Under the pieces are notes generated by a model. It did no database searches. It worked only from the letters and a program-made list of their open reading frames with translations, and was not told the DNA's origin. A stretch of DNA of 64,000 nucleotides from Eledone cirrhosa. Lineage: Eukaryota. Position 1 is the first letter of the stretch, and each line of letters starts with the position of its first letter. Both the position numbers and the translations under genes were made by a program. Where the stretch lies: contig CAXHJY010001140.1 of NCBI GenBank assembly GCA_964016885.1, positions 10,201 to 74,200 on the forward strand, read 5' to 3'. This document shows, piece by piece, positions 38,701 through 52,858 of the stretch.

Positions 38701-41507
38701 ATGAATGTAAATTTGATCTCTCAGTTATAGGTGTTATTTACGACATAATGTTTATGTAGAAACTGTACAGAATAAAATGTCCCTTGCCTATTTGAAGATG
38801 CCGATTTTATTTCGTGTGGATGGCTACAAGTATGTTGTCTATGATAATCAGATTGCTTCAGCCAATTACATTAGAAATATATTTTAATTAAAACATGGTA
38901 TATGTATGATTAGCATCCAAAGAAATGAGTTTAATTTGACCATTTACACACAAATTTACACACAAATATGATACACTCTAATTTTGGATTTTTGTATATA
39001 TTTTCCAATTAAGATTAAAAACAATCTGACATTGAAACAGAATTAAAATAGAGCTTATTTTGCTTCGTAAAATATTAGTTTGTTTCTTTGTGAGCAATGT
39101 TGACATATACTTCTTAATTTTTCTGTTAACCGTGCAAAACTCGAATACATAAACAAGTAAACACAAAGTAGAAAGACAACATCACAACTGTAATTCCCCG
39201 CCCCATTTCTACATTTCTACAAAACAACGGCGTGAATTTATATTTGAAAAATGTCCGGTGCCAAGTTGACGAAAATAGTTGAGAATATTTGGGCTATGGG
39301 ATCAAGTTTTAACATTCAGGTGCTCGTAAATTAAAAAAAAAATGAAAGGTTCAGAGGTTGACCAAGATACTATTGTACAATGAGCAAATAAGGTTTAGAG
39401 TACCTGGAAACAAACAATGCAGTTACTAATAAGAGGAATTGAATGTAATGCATGCAATATTTCACAGATCTAGCATCACTCTTTCATAGTCAGCCTATGA
39501 ATTAATCCACCTATCCCCGTAGATTACCTCATTCACCGCATGGACTCAGAGGAAAACATACCCCATAACATTTCTCCCATTAGCTACTAGGTTAATCCAT
39601 TAGTCCCTTTCTTCTAGTAAACTAACATTTAGAATTAGGGGGCTTGTGTGGAGAGGGAATGAAGAACTCTGCAATGAGATGTATTGTACGGAGATGTGGC
39701 CTGAATTAATTTTCTTTACTAGGACTACATATAGCACGAAGGGAGGTGGTGTATATTTAATTGTACTCTGAAGAAAAAGAATACATGAGTATACGTGTTT
39801 TACGGAAAATGAGCTACATCCTTGTTGATAAGAATAAAACAAAACAACAAGAATTGCGTGGGGAGACAATATGACATCTAATGATGTGACCGTATGATGC
39901 AACGGGATTGAATATTTAGCTGAAACGGATATAGAGTCGGAAAGCAAACAATCATTTCCTGGGAGCAGAGACAGCGGCAGTTACGATGAAAGCGAAAACA
40001 ATATACCATGTTTGAACAGTGTTATGTAGTGTGTAATAGTTGCAGAGTTGTAGCAAAGAAAAATGTGCCAATAAATAATTGAGTCATTTAGCATTGATGC
40101 GACGTGTCCGTTTCGTTTTACAAAACACCATTAAAATTGATAAAGTTAAAATTATAACTATCACATCCTTACAAATGATTTTTTTTAATTTCCTGAACAC
40201 ATATTTATTTGATAATTATTTGATAACAGAATGTTTGTGTTGTTGACGATTGTGATATAGATATTTCAGGTTAAACATGCTGCTCTAGCTATTGTGCTAC
40301 TATTTTTCTCACATTCATGGCATGCGTTTTTGTTATTGTTGTTGCTGTTGCTGTTGTTGTTGTTGGTGGTGGTAGTAGTTGTGATAGTGCTTTTGTTGCT
40401 TTTGCTTTAGTTATCTGTTTTCTACTTGTAAACAGTGGATAACTAATCTAGGGAGAGCAAAATGGAACAACGATGTCATATGCAATGTTAGTTAGACAAG
40501 TAATTATCTTGGTTTTGAAGCAATCGTCAAATCACACATACAGTTCGCTCTCATTAATCTTTTCCATGTCTACATACATGGAACAATATGAGAAGTCTAT
40601 GGAATAAGCCCACAGGTTTGATGTGTTAGAAGACGTTAAGATTTAAGTATAAAGATTAAACTTGTTATCTCAATGAAATATTTACGTTAAAGATTTTCCA
40701 ATAGGTTATTATTTTAACAGTACCTTATTCGTGTCAGTTAAATATCTAAACAAGAATATTCGGATATTTATCAGTACCCCGAGGCTTTCAATTTCCAACA
40801 TCTGTACACTTTGCAACATCTTTTCTTCATTAGTTTAAATGTTCTTCAAAATGCTGCTCTACTTCTTGTTTTCAACTGTCTTATCTGAAGTGATTTTTTC
40901 GCTATTCATACAAGTCACGGAAATGCGTTTAAAATTCATTATGTTGGAGTTGTATAGCCTTCTATTGTGATTTTATGTAATTGGAGATAAAATTCCATTG
41001 GGAATCACTCGAACTATTTTCAGATCAAAGAACGGTTGTCACCTAGTCATTGCGATTATTTTTATGAGATTTAGCGGATGTCTCTTGTTTTAGGCATTTT
41101 GTGATATCAGATATTGTCTCATTAAATATTATTTGCCTCTTAATTGTATTTATCTTCTTTTCTTATTTTCTTTGTATAAACGAAGCAAATATATATCTTC
41201 CTTGTTTAATTTTGTTCCATATTATCTGTGTGAGAATATACCCAAGCTCATAAACACATAGACGCAAACATACGTACAATTGGAACGTACACAAGAACAC
41301 GTATAGGTATGTGAGTTGAAGAATAGTTCTCCGTCTAAAACTTGTCCGCAACCCCATAGAGTCACGGGTTCAGCAAAAGCACTTAATTGGAATTTGATGA
41401 ACTAAAAATGCAGAAGACCGTCATGCACACACACATGCACAAACATACACACACACGCATAAATATTTATATATATATATAGTAATAATAATAAATTTTA
41501 AGACTAA

Positions 41508-41574
41508 AATCCCAGAAGATCCCGTTAAGGGTGAAAGCAGCGATTCTTTACTTAAACTTTAAGCTGTTATTTTA

Positions 41575-41580
<6 letters not shown>
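41508..41580 (+). mobile_element. Family M fragment with hammerhead-like motif
   Basis: CAGAAGA-TCCC gttaa GGGT-GAAA-GCAGC-GATT...TTATTTTAATAAAT then (TA)n. Confidence 0.65.
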
Positions 41581-41622
<42 letters not shown>

Positions 41623-41929
41623 CTATGTGTGCGTGCGTGTGTGTGTGTGTAGGTGGATGTGCATGAAGTTAAATATGTATGTAAGTGTGTGTGTGTAAGT
41701 GTGCAGTTATGATTCTCAATTTATGCGGGGACGTGTATGTTTTGAGTTATATGAAGTCATGAAATCGTCAGATCATCCAGTGCACTTATTTGGCAATGCG
41801 GTTGAGTATTTCTATATAATCAGATTTGTGCATGCTCTGGACATCGTCACCCGGAGATAACATGATTTACCATTTTATGGTAATATATTTTTTTTTCATT
41901 GTTATTTTTACTACAATTTTATCATTATT

Positions 41930-42245
41930 GATTACTGCTTTACCGAGCACAGCTCTGTGTGCCTTGGGTATGAGCAGTGTAGTTTTTGCTGATGTGTTTC
42001 TATTGTGTTGATAGTACTCTTTGTAATATGTGTGCAGTTACGACTAGTGTTAATTTTGTATGCTATATATATTTCTAACTCCCGGAGTTTTGGCTCTGTG
42101 GATTTTTTATCATTCCAAGAGCAACTGTTATTATAGGAATTATCCAGTTTTCATTTTCAACATTCGAGTTATTTGTATGTCTAGATATTTAAATTTGGAG
42201 AGTTCCCTATTTTAATGGAATATATCTTGTTATCTGTTATTTGTC
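41930..42245 (-). pseudogene. Degenerate 3' end of an RLE-type (R4/Dong-like) non-LTR element
   Basis: Minus-strand remnants resembling IPIIxxALGMIKK and LxGTAHILR; heavily mutated. Confidence 0.45.
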
Positions 42246-42251
42246 ACGGCT

Positions 42252-43177
42252 CCTCTTCAAATTCTTGTTGGTGAGGCGGTCAATCTAATCTGCTGCCAGC
42301 ACCCTCTACGCAGAGGGCTGATCATGCCGTGGCTAATGATGCGCAGACAAGCGCTGAGGCGGCGGCTCCACCAGATATTGTGCGTAAATGCCGAAGAGGT
42401 GTGGTCACCGTTTGTCAGACGGGCGTTCCAAATTCTCTCTTTACGTGGGATGCAGTCCTGGGTCAAAAAGAGACCGAGACTGGGTTACTGGCATCTGGAA
42501 TGTTGCCAGGACCTCACTGCTTTTTACTGCAGGCAATGCGGTTAGTAGAACTTCTACTCTCGTGTTCTATAGAAAATTAGTGGTGGGCAAGTGCGAAGCG
42601 ATGCACTCGTAGAGGCTCTGGGCGTCGATAAAGTCGAACCAACCAGTCTGCTCCGGAGGAACCTCGAGCCGGGGACGATGGATAACTTAAAAAAATACCT
42701 CACTTGGCAGTGCTACCGAGGGGCACTCCCGGTTCGAGATAATCTCTACAGGCACGGAAGTCCTGTCAGATGGACCTGCCCGATATACGCGCAGACTAAT
42801 GAAATCTTTCTGCATGCACACGTCCAGTGTCCGTGCATTACTGACTTCTGGAATTATGTTGAACAGCTGTTGTCGCTTGTAGAACGGATACCGCTATCGG
42901 CCGAGTCCATAGCGAAGATCGACCCACCGCCTTCTTTTAACCAGAAAGGGCCAGCAATTTTCCACTGTCTGGGGGCAGTAGCGAAAGAGGTTGCATGGTG
43001 GACCAGGTTGAAAGGACTGAAGAGAGACACTATTCTCTTCGGCCATTACCTCAATTTTTACAAATTTCACTTGGATAGGAAGGTGAGAGTGGATAGAGAA
43101 GTGCTGCACCCCCCCCCCCCTCCTAGTACATGTGCTGACAGGTGTTGAATGTGGCTTGAATGGCCCTTGTGAGTGGT
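42252..43177 (+). mobile_element. Truncated, diverged second copy of the Tx1 ORF2 3' region
   Basis: Colinear with about 26215-27147 (MPWLMMRR, WSPFVRRAF, WQCYRGALPVRD, KEVAWWTRLKGLK); frameshifted; no 3' UTR. Confidence 0.92.
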
Positions 43178-43338
43178 TAATTTGCATCTTCTCCTTTTCT
43201 TGTGCCAAAAAGTCAGGCTACATTTTATTCCTAGCCAAAAGCCACCAGTTGAGGCCTATTGTGTTCTAATTTCTTGTCCGCCTGTATCCTGAAATCCCAT
43301 AGAAGCTTCAACTGATCGTGTTCTACCACTGAATCTGG

Positions 43339-43630
43339 CTAATGCCCAGGCCACTTATCAGAATGTGGTAAATTATTTAGTTTGCATAAATGCGAGTGAA
43401 TCATCTCATGCCTCCAGTCTTTACAGTGGATCTGGACTAGGTGTTTACACTCGGATACAATGTAAGCCACAGGCTCCTGTCTTTCTCCATAGATTTTACA
43501 GAGTGAGTTTATCTCTTCCTTGTCAATGTGGTGTTTCACCCACTTCGTTCTGAGAGCTTGCTCCTGTGCAACCATTAGCATTCCTTCTGTAGCTTTTTTA
43601 AGGTCGCCTCTTTTTAACCAGCTTAAAAAG
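43339..43630 (-). pseudogene. R4/Dong-like non-LTR fragment (post-RT and zinc-knuckle region)
   Basis: WLKRGDLKKATEGMLMVAQEQALRT...CKIYGERQEPVAYIVSECKHL...WRH resembles the ETEG..AAQ.QAL.T..CR.C..ET..HI.S.C..RH pattern. Confidence 0.75.
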
Positions 43631-43659
43631 GGTGCTATGAAGAGATTCACCCTTTACGT

Positions 43660-43812
43660 CCTGAGTTGAGTTCAAATTCCATGGAAATTAGATTTGCGTT
43701 CATAATTACGTGCTTTATAATATAAAGCACTAGTAAATACTGGGTTCGATTTAATCGACTTTCTTCTCCCCTTCAATTTGCTGGCATTGTGCCAACAGTA
43801 GAAACAATTATT
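43660..43812 (+). mobile_element. Degenerate tRNA-derived SINE
   Basis: GAGTTCAAATTCC box and TTGTGCCAACAGTAGAAACAATTATTATT 3' end shared with other copies. Confidence 0.6.
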
Positions 43813-45634
43813 ATTAAAATAATTAGTATGCGGGTCGCTAATGTTGACGGGTAACTCGCTAGTATATTAATAATAATTCTAATAATATTCTAGCTATAAC
43901 AGACGTCTACACCTTTCTATTCATCGAAAACATAATAACTCTTTGTCGGCTTTGGGAGATTGCAGCCAAATGCAGTCATTAGCTTTCATGTTTTCCTCTA
44001 TCAGCTCCACTAAAATTAGCTTTCAGTTCAGAACTTTGTAACCATAAATTATTCCTGGAGCAGCTTTTATGCATTAATCTAATGTATTTTCAATATTTCC
44101 GTCTTTTTCTTTCATTTATGTATGTAGTATTATGTTCTGTTCATTAACATCTATGTATAAATGTATGTCTACGGTGTGTCCTAATTAATATTATTGAGGG
44201 TGTTATCAATCGTGATATTAATGATTTCTCTTAATGTCCCACTGCACAATTTCTAAAGTAAATTTCATGTCAATTCATCTACAGATTATGTATAAGGATT
44301 TTAAGTTCTCTATCGATCTTAGGTGTATAATTGCCGTCATCTATATCCAAAAACAGGAATCAAAGTGACAGTCATGTCTCTTACTGAAATGAGCAGATAA
44401 CTGCATAGTCATTATCTACGCAATAAACAAATGTTCATAAATTCTTTGCTTATAGGGTTGAACAAACTTTGTCAAGCTTTTGTCAAATATAATGATGTAT
44501 TTTTGTGTTGCTGAATTCCTAGCAAGCGAAATTATACTGCCTGAGAATCTTGCTGAAATTAATTTAGGCAGTATATTACATTTCTTGCTTGGACCATTCC
44601 AACAATTTCTACGCGTGGTGATTTAACAGGGAGATATGGAGTTTGAAATGCTGCACTCCACCCCAGGAGTAAATTTCATTAACCCTTTCTCTAATCAATT
44701 TCTAATGAAAGACGATGTTTACGATGATCAGGAAATCAAGAATAAGCAGGTATCTGTAGTTATTTATATCGTGTGGGCAGAGTTCTCAAACACTCTGTCC
44801 AGACGGTCTTATCATAAGCCTCAATGTGATTCGACTGAATCTTCAAGTGAAAACAACCCAGTTCATGGATGTTATCCAAACATTTTGCTCGTGTACTATC
44901 TCTGGGTCAACTGCTGGTTGATTGTGTCCGTCAAACCTGTCCAAAGTTTCGTTACTTAGACATATGACCACATGTCAACCGTGATTTTTCAATTTGTAGA
45001 AACGACATCTGTTCCTATAGCGACACCCGGGTATCCGTGCAATTTGGCCTGTATTAGTATTCTTATATCTTTGTCAAGTGAAGAATATCTAGAAGCTAAT
45101 CTAGAAACATTTCTATTAAACATGAGTGTTTCGTCAGTGATTGACAACTATTCCGATAGATAACTAGTGATGGATTTACATATACCCTACCATGGAATTT
45201 CTAACATGGGACAAGTATTAACCTGGGAAGCAAACAATCGAATGAGATATATGTATTCTGAACACGCGGCAAAAAATAACTCAGTGGCCCTCAAGTTGTT
45301 GGCTAAGCATCAAATAAGCAGCTCTTCAACGATGACACCATGATAATATTTAACTGTAAGCCATGATCTGGTGCTCAAAAGACTATACCATGAAATCCGT
45401 GGAAATAATAGTTCTGAAAATGAAAATGTAAAATAGCAGGGTGATATGGAAGGCATATGGATACATAATAGAGGACTAGTGGAATGTTCCAGTCCAATCC
45501 CAAATAAAATGTAAATATAAAAAACCAGACATAGTGATAGGGATTGAGAAAAGAAAGCATGCGCATTAGAGGAAAGCAGCTCTCAACATAATGCTCACGT
45601 TTTGCGAAAAGAAAAATATTTATGCTGAAATAAT

Positions 45635-45849
45635 GATTTCTAGTATAGGCACAAGGGCAATTTTTTGATGGGAGGGGAAAGTCGATTAAATGGACACCAG
45701 TATGTTACTGCTGCTTTATTTTATCGACCCCGTAAGGATGAACGGCAAAGCTGACCTCGGAGGGATTTGAACTCAGAACATAAAGAGCCATACCTCTCTG
45801 CTGCTAAGCATGGCGTCCGACCCTCTAACGATTCTGCCAATCCTCCAAC
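45635..45849 (-). mobile_element. tRNA-derived SINE
   Basis: Family core present; 18-bp TSD TATTTATGCTGAAATAAT at 45617-45634/45850-45867. Confidence 0.88.
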
Positions 45850-46323
45850 TATTTATGCTGAAATAATAACGAAATGACAGATGTTCATCCTTGACTATAA
45901 CTTTAGATGTGTACATGATATACTTCAATGCTCGGTATAAATTATAAATTATACTGCCTCAGTATAAATTATATAAAAATCTCGGCTACACAGGAACAGA
46001 AGGAACAAGGCTAGTTAAGAAGGTCCAAATACGTTCATTAATGGAACTGTAGAAATATGAGAAACTTTTCAGAAATTCAGCATCTACACATGTATAGAAA
46101 GATAAGCTTGGACTGGTAGACATATGTAATTCAAAACAAATAAATTCACATACAAAAAACAATAACGTTGAACGTAGCTGTATTATAATAATTATAATAC
46201 AACATGCGCTATCGTATCTTCCTTGGATTATAAAGCATCAGTTGAAGTCATCATAAACTGAGACACACACCCACCCACACGCGAGAGAACTCATATGCAT
46301 ACATGTGCATATACGCATGTATT

Positions 46324-46368
<45 letters not shown>

Positions 46369-46401
46369 TTATATATGTATGTATATATATACATATATAT
46401 G

Positions 46402-46464
<63 letters not shown>

Positions 46465-46465
<1 letters not shown>

Positions 46466-46647
46466 ACGAAGGAAATGTGGTAAGGAACCAGGTGGACCAT
46501 AACGCACCAAAGTACTCAATACTTGAGGTAGTAGAGTGGGTAATAGGAATCAGTAAGACCCCGACAGCTGAGCTCAAGCCGTTTCGACGGAGAATTAGCC
46601 GTCGAAACGGCTTGAGCTCAGCTGTCGGGGGTCTTACTGGTTCCTAT
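46465..46647 (-). mobile_element. PLE family D short fold-back insertion
   Basis: Tail plus arms 46543-46590/46599-46647 in (TA)n; same layout as 1-197. Confidence 0.85.
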
Positions 46648-46648
46648 A

Positions 46649-46685
<37 letters not shown>

Positions 46686-46786
46686 GCAAAAGTTCTATTT
46701 AAAATTGTTGGGATACAACAAGTAAATATTTTATAACTGATATAAAGCACTCGACATGTTTTATTTATGAAACTGTTTATATATTG

Positions 46787-46850
46787 TATTTTGTCTGATG
46801 AAGGCATACCATATTTTAATTGGTATCCCTGAAATATGTATAATGAAATA
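46787..46850 (+). ncRNA. Minimal type I hammerhead ribozyme
   Basis: TATTTTGT-CTGATGA-AGGcATACCA..TGGTATcCCT-GAAA-TATGTA-TA-ATGAAATA: 8-bp stem I (2 G-U), long stem II, near-palindromic stem III; within an element of about 200 bp between (TA)n tracts. Confidence 0.8.
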
Positions 46851-47098
46851 AATATGGTTTTATAAATATAGTTTCCATTTATTTAATATCGTATATATTT
46901 ATATATATGCGTGTGTGTGAGTGTGTGTCGGTGTAAGTGTGTACACATAGGTGAGAGGGTGTACACGCATGCGTGAACACCGCTCTCATATACATATACA
47001 CACATATTTTTATACATAGACGCATGCGTGAATATATAAAAAAACGTGTATATGTATATATATACATATATATATATATATAATATATACATATATAT

Positions 47099-47143
<45 letters not shown>

Positions 47144-47149
47144 TATATA

Positions 47150-47337
47150 ATTGTTTCTACTTTTAGGCACAAGGCCAGCAATTACCCAGTGTATTACTGG
47201 TACTTTATTTTATCGACCCTGTAAGGATGAAAGGCAAAGTCAACCTCGGCGGGATTTGAACTCAGATCGTAAAGGGACGTAACTATGCTGGAACGCATGG
47301 CGTCCGACTCTCTACCGATACTGCCAATCCACCGCCC
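47150..47337 (-). mobile_element. tRNA-derived SINE
   Basis: Full-length family match ending CCAATCCACCGCC. Confidence 0.88.
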
Positions 47338-47440
47338 TATATATATAATATATATATATAATATATATATATATTATATATATATATATATATGTACAGA
47401 GATATATATACACAGATATATATACACACACAGATATATA

Positions 47441-47487
<47 letters not shown>

Positions 47488-48779
47488 TATATATATAATT
47501 ATATATAAAGGAAGTCCCAAAAAGTGTATACACAATTCAACACCATTCTAATCAAAGTGTGTATATATTTTTTGTGGACATCATATTTATATATATACAT
47601 ATATCTGTGTGTGAGAGTGTGTGTGTGTGTGTGTGTATGTGTGTGTTTGTGTTTGCGTGTTTGTGTGTATGTGTGTGTCTGTGTGTGTGTGTTATGGTGC
47701 TGCATTTGTATTATTTATTTTTCAGAACGTGACTTAAAACGAGGAAGAATAATCTGGGCGGCAAATATATTAATCAATAACAAAAAATATCAAATCAGTC
47801 ACAGCGGGATCAACAAAAATGATATCAGGAACAACAAAATCGTTAAAAGATTGTATGGCAACAACAAAGCAAATATTTCGAAGGATCAATAAAGCATACG
47901 AAACTGCCTCTGATCTGCCATAAATAATGTCCGATATACATGTGGATATGCGTGTTGTTCCGTATTGAATTACAATTAGTGTTCAGCCTCTATTGACACA
48001 AGTCAATGCGGCATCTCTCTTCATGTCTTTAACTCCCTATGTCTTATAATCAGGCTACTTAACACGTTCACATACATTGACGTAAACACGCAACCCACTC
48101 ATGTACGCACGCATTCAGCAAATTTGGTGATAAATAAAATTGTATAATATATTCCTCCAGATTTTCATAATTTAACTTCGTCCACTAATGAGATATTTGC
48201 ATTTTTAATGTTTTTGTGTATTAGTCTTGAACTCTAATATATACATAGTACTTCTATGTTGACGATGATTTCATCAAAACGATTAGTCTATTACATACTA
48301 TTTACAACAGAAACAGTAACAATATCATTGACCTTAAGAATACTATCTTCATGGATAGAAATGTGAAATAAACAAAGGACGATCCTAACATAAGTAAATG
48401 AGACGAACATATCAGACAAACACTAAGACTTGTCCATCACAGAGCCTACTTTGTCAGCACCACTTCAAGAAATACCAACATGTCAGACATTAACAGACAT
48501 TGAACGAATTCATGCAGGAGAAAGATTTAGCTTTCTCAGTATCTAGTGCCACATACTATCAATTTTAACACACATTTGCATTGCGAGGGTAGACGTTCCA
48601 CCGATCAGACTACCAAGTTCTTATAGTAATGTGATTAGCCTGTAAGATTACGGAACCTAAATAAAGCTAGAGGAATGTTGACGCAAAAGGTTTCACAGAA
48701 CGTATCAGGGAACTACACACTTTTGTCTTCATTGTCACAATGATGTTGAAACAGTTCTGGTTTCATAGCCTCGACGTGT

Positions 48780-49900
48780 GTCAACGCCTCAGAGAGATCT
48801 CTCGTTGTGCAAAAGTAATTTGACCGCATGAGCAGTGGAACCTGTCTCCTTCACATGAAGTTGTTTCTTAGGACAAGGTACGATGGTTAAGTGAAAATCA
48901 TTACTGACGCTAATGTTAGCCATTCCTACACGACCTCTCATGTTCACATTTTTGCAAGACCATTTCTTTTGAGGTTTCATTCACCGTATAGAGCGACAAT
49001 TAAAATAAATTACCTAGAACATCACTTAAAAGATAGAATCTACTGCTGACCAATATGGATGGGATTGTTACTTTTTGTGGAGATGTGACAATATCCCTAC
49101 TTGTGTGCCCAAGTTACAACGTTATATTTTAAAACTGTAATAGTGACCGGTACTAAGACGCTAAAGTAAAGCTCATAAGTAGACTCCACGCAACAATGGA
49201 CAAGCGCCTACCAATCTTGCAATTATTTCCGCCTGCTTGCTGCATGTCATCATGGAAGCGGTCACTGGCAAGGCCTCTTGTGTGGATGAAATGCGACCCG
49301 ATATGGGAAAAAGATTAAATAGATAATATATTTATTGGCTGACTCCTGTGTGCCAGGTAGCCTGGACCTCTAAAAATTCTCCAAACAATGATAATAGAGA
49401 GTCATAATACCAACGAACAAAACTGAGTGTCAAAAAGATATACGCACATTGTCGAGTCCAAGCTAGCTGCCGAACTATCATCCTTCATGTAACAGGTTAA
49501 CATTCGCAGTCCTATTGGAATTGATGGTATCAGAACTGGAAAATGTATGATCAGTCGGTTGGAATTTGCAGACAGCATGGTACTACGTACCTCGACGTAT
49601 GGTTATCACGGACATGCATTTGATAGGTTTCATGTCGAGTTCTGCACCACGTGAATGGAAATGTCTTTTCAAAGACTCCTTCAGTGTGCAGCGTACGTTT
49701 GAGTGAAGTTTCAGTGGAACAGGAGAATATTAGGTCTTTCAGGGCCGTTGTTTTCAGTACATCTGAGAGATGTTTACCTAATTTTTCCAGTAATTCACAA
49801 CTATGTTCTAGCGTTCCAGTAGACGATAGGATTAGACTCTTGATTTCAGTAGTTCAACAGCTCTCAGAACACAGTGGGAAAACGTTTGCGGAAAACCTTT
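48780..49900 (+). pseudogene. Highly degenerate LINE (RTE-like) RT remnant
   Basis: GKASCVDEMRPDM near 49270 and FADSMVL...HAFDRF near 49565; limits approximate. Confidence 0.45.
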
Positions 49901-50511
49901 CCTATTTTTATTAGTAAATAATACGCTAACATACAGGTTTCGTTGTTGAACATATTTTGTATATTTTGGGATGCTGGCGTTCAGCCATCCACGCCGTTTT
50001 CATGATTTCTGTGCTACATGAGACACGAAGATACCAATTTTTTATATCTTATTGAAATTTGTAGATTATATATGTAACCACCTACATTTCCTTTTGTTGG
50101 TTTTATTTTCTTATATTGTCGGCCTAAACAGTTCATCGGCTGAACACGATACTCCTAAAGAATAATCAAATAAGCTTTATTTTTCAACGTAGACTTTTGA
50201 GAAAAATAATACAGTTATTAAGGAGGAGAGTTGAAGGCTAATTCAAGCAAGTTTTCACAGCATTGGCAAGGCTCATTCACGATCAGCCTATCACCTTTTC
50301 AGCAGAGCCTCGTATATATATATATACTCACACATATATCTATATATATATAGATAGATAAGTTTATCTCCGGTTGAATCGGTGGAAACTACAGTAAGTA
50401 AGGTACACAATACAAAGCAGAGTATAAATATTTAATGTAGAAAGGCTTCTAGAGTACTAGAACTGTTTCATTCCGGAGAATTCATGAGGAAGCTTCCTGA
50501 TGATTTCTACA

Positions 50512-50568
<57 letters not shown>

Positions 50569-50712
50569 TACACACACACACACACACATACATACATACA
50601 CATATATATATATATCCAGGGGTGTAACTTGAGTTACTGCAGGTTCACCCGGGAGAGCACTCGATGTTTAGGTTCACTTCTGTGATGAGGTGTAGAGCTA
50701 CACAGAGTGTAA

Positions 50713-51938
50713 AACATTGTTTACCGGTGCAATGTCAAAGCCGGCAATAAAAAGTACTCATATATCGGTGCGACGTCCACTACGTTTAAGGAGGGTTGAT
50801 ATAACCATAGAAGCTCCTTTAAACATAGACTGAAACGATCCCAAACCAGACTGGCCGATTTGATCTAGGACCTCAAGGACAGGAACATCGAACCCCAGAT
50901 CTCGTGGTCATTGAAAAGACGCGAGCCGCAACTCCCCAGTGACAGAAACCACTGCAGGTTAAATAATTAAATTAATATCTGCCATAAACTATAGGTCGGA
51001 CATAATTGTCAATTGCAGACACACCAGGCTGAACACATTTTCCGCACAAACATTCCGGGGAGGGCCGCACACTAACCATGACCCAGCTTAATAATAACCA
51101 CTCTGCCCCGCTGACCATCGCCCATCTCAGTGAATTTATTTTATTGTATTGCATGTAACCATTTGTAAGCCCGTATTTTGTATATCATGCCGCATACATC
51201 ATCCCCACCAAAAATCACATTGCAATACACCCCTCATCGTTGAAACATTGTGTTCTATCTCTCCTCTCTGTCAGGTTTTAGCTTGCAAACCATTGTAACA
51301 TCTGATCCTGTAAATATAATGTCGATCATATCACACCATCTCCACCACCACCACAGCACACATCGTCATATGTCTACCATCTACACCCGCAACCTTATTC
51401 CCCCATGTTCCCTCTGTCTACCCTAACCCACAACCCCACGCTAAATTCGACCCTGTAAATGTACTGTCGAACACACCACCACCGCCACCACTAGATACAT
51501 CCACATACTTCAACAATCATTATCATTAACATCATCAACACATATCATCCCTCACTCCCATATCGACTATGTTATATTCGCCCTCCGTCTGCCTTACCCT
51601 GTAACCCACCGTAACATCTGATCATGTAATCAGCACCACCACCACCACCATGACCACAACACACATCGCTATACGTCCATAAACTTTTTTTCCCCCCGCG
51701 TTCCCTTTTAATGTCACCTTTTAACCTATAACCCATCGTATTATTCGATCCTGTATATTTTTGTCGCTCACAACTCCACCACCACCACCACAAGACACAC
51801 CTCCATACCTCAACATCCATTAACTTCATCAACACCGCCAACACATACCTTCCCTCTCGAACAAACGCAAGTGTGTGCGTATGTGTGTAAGTATATTTGT
51901 ATATATATGTGCGTAAACATATATGTATATGTATGTAT

Positions 51939-51976
<38 letters not shown>

Positions 51977-52803
51977 GTATATATATATGTATATATATAT
52001 GTAGGTATGTATGTATGTGTGTGTATGTGTATGTTTATGTATACGTGTGTGTACGTTTATGTGTGCATATCCGTATGTGTGTGTGTGTGTATGTATGTGT
52101 ATGTTTATATGTACAACACCATCTCCATTGACTCTCACCTTCCCTCTATCTTTGTTCTACGTCACCCCCCCCCCCACGGATACCCCCAACAATCTACACG
52201 CGTGCATGCACATACATGTGTGTATATATGCATATAGATATATGTATGTGTTCATCTATGTGGGTTATAAGTGTGTACCTATGAATATATATCAGTATAT
52301 ATGCGCATGTATATATATATACAATGTATTTGTCAGACTATGAGTGTCTAGGTATGTATCTCCCCATGGACTCGACACCACCAACACATCCACCACACGA
52401 CCACAAACACCACTACCATAAACAACAACACCACAACCACACCTCACGGACGCCAACCCGTCTACCGATAACCCACTACCACCACACCACAGCCCATCGC
52501 AGTCAGCGACCGTCACCAACATATTATCATCATATCCACCCTCACATACACTACAGGCCAGTACATCCCTTTGATCCTTCCCACCAATCAAAACAACTCA
52601 TATTGTCAAACTCTTGAACTTATGTCTTGACCACACAACATGTATTTCATTTTCTTATAGTATTTTAAAGGATCCGTCGAGCTGCCGATCATTGAGTGGG
52701 GTAGGATCGATACAGATCGAACCTTGAGCTGATCAGTGGCGAAACACGCGTCACCTATCAATAAATTGAATGAAGGAGTAACCAATCGTCATTGTTATCC
52801 TTT

Positions 52804-52805
<2 letters not shown>
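50713..52805 (+). mobile_element. 5'-truncated PLE (family F): GIY-YIG remnant 50713-51050 plus repeat-expanded pLTR
   Basis: NIVYRCNV..YSYIGATSTTFKE..YNHRSSFK..DLKD..ISWS..HCRL..RSDIIVNCRH; degenerate HHR (GGC-GAAA-CACGCG-TC) near 52740; ends in (TA)n. Confidence 0.7.

Positions 52806-52853
<48 letters not shown>

Positions 52854-52858
<5 letters not shown>

Noticed and set aside
39590-40020. piggyBac-like end (TTAATCCATTAGTCCC) with an acidic peptide
   Set aside because: No partner TIR or transposase motif found.
35800-41300. Host exons in the repeat-poor stretch (also 1000-6900)
   Set aside because: No ORF with recognisable homology or convincing splice-bounded frame; small exons cannot be excluded without RNA-seq.
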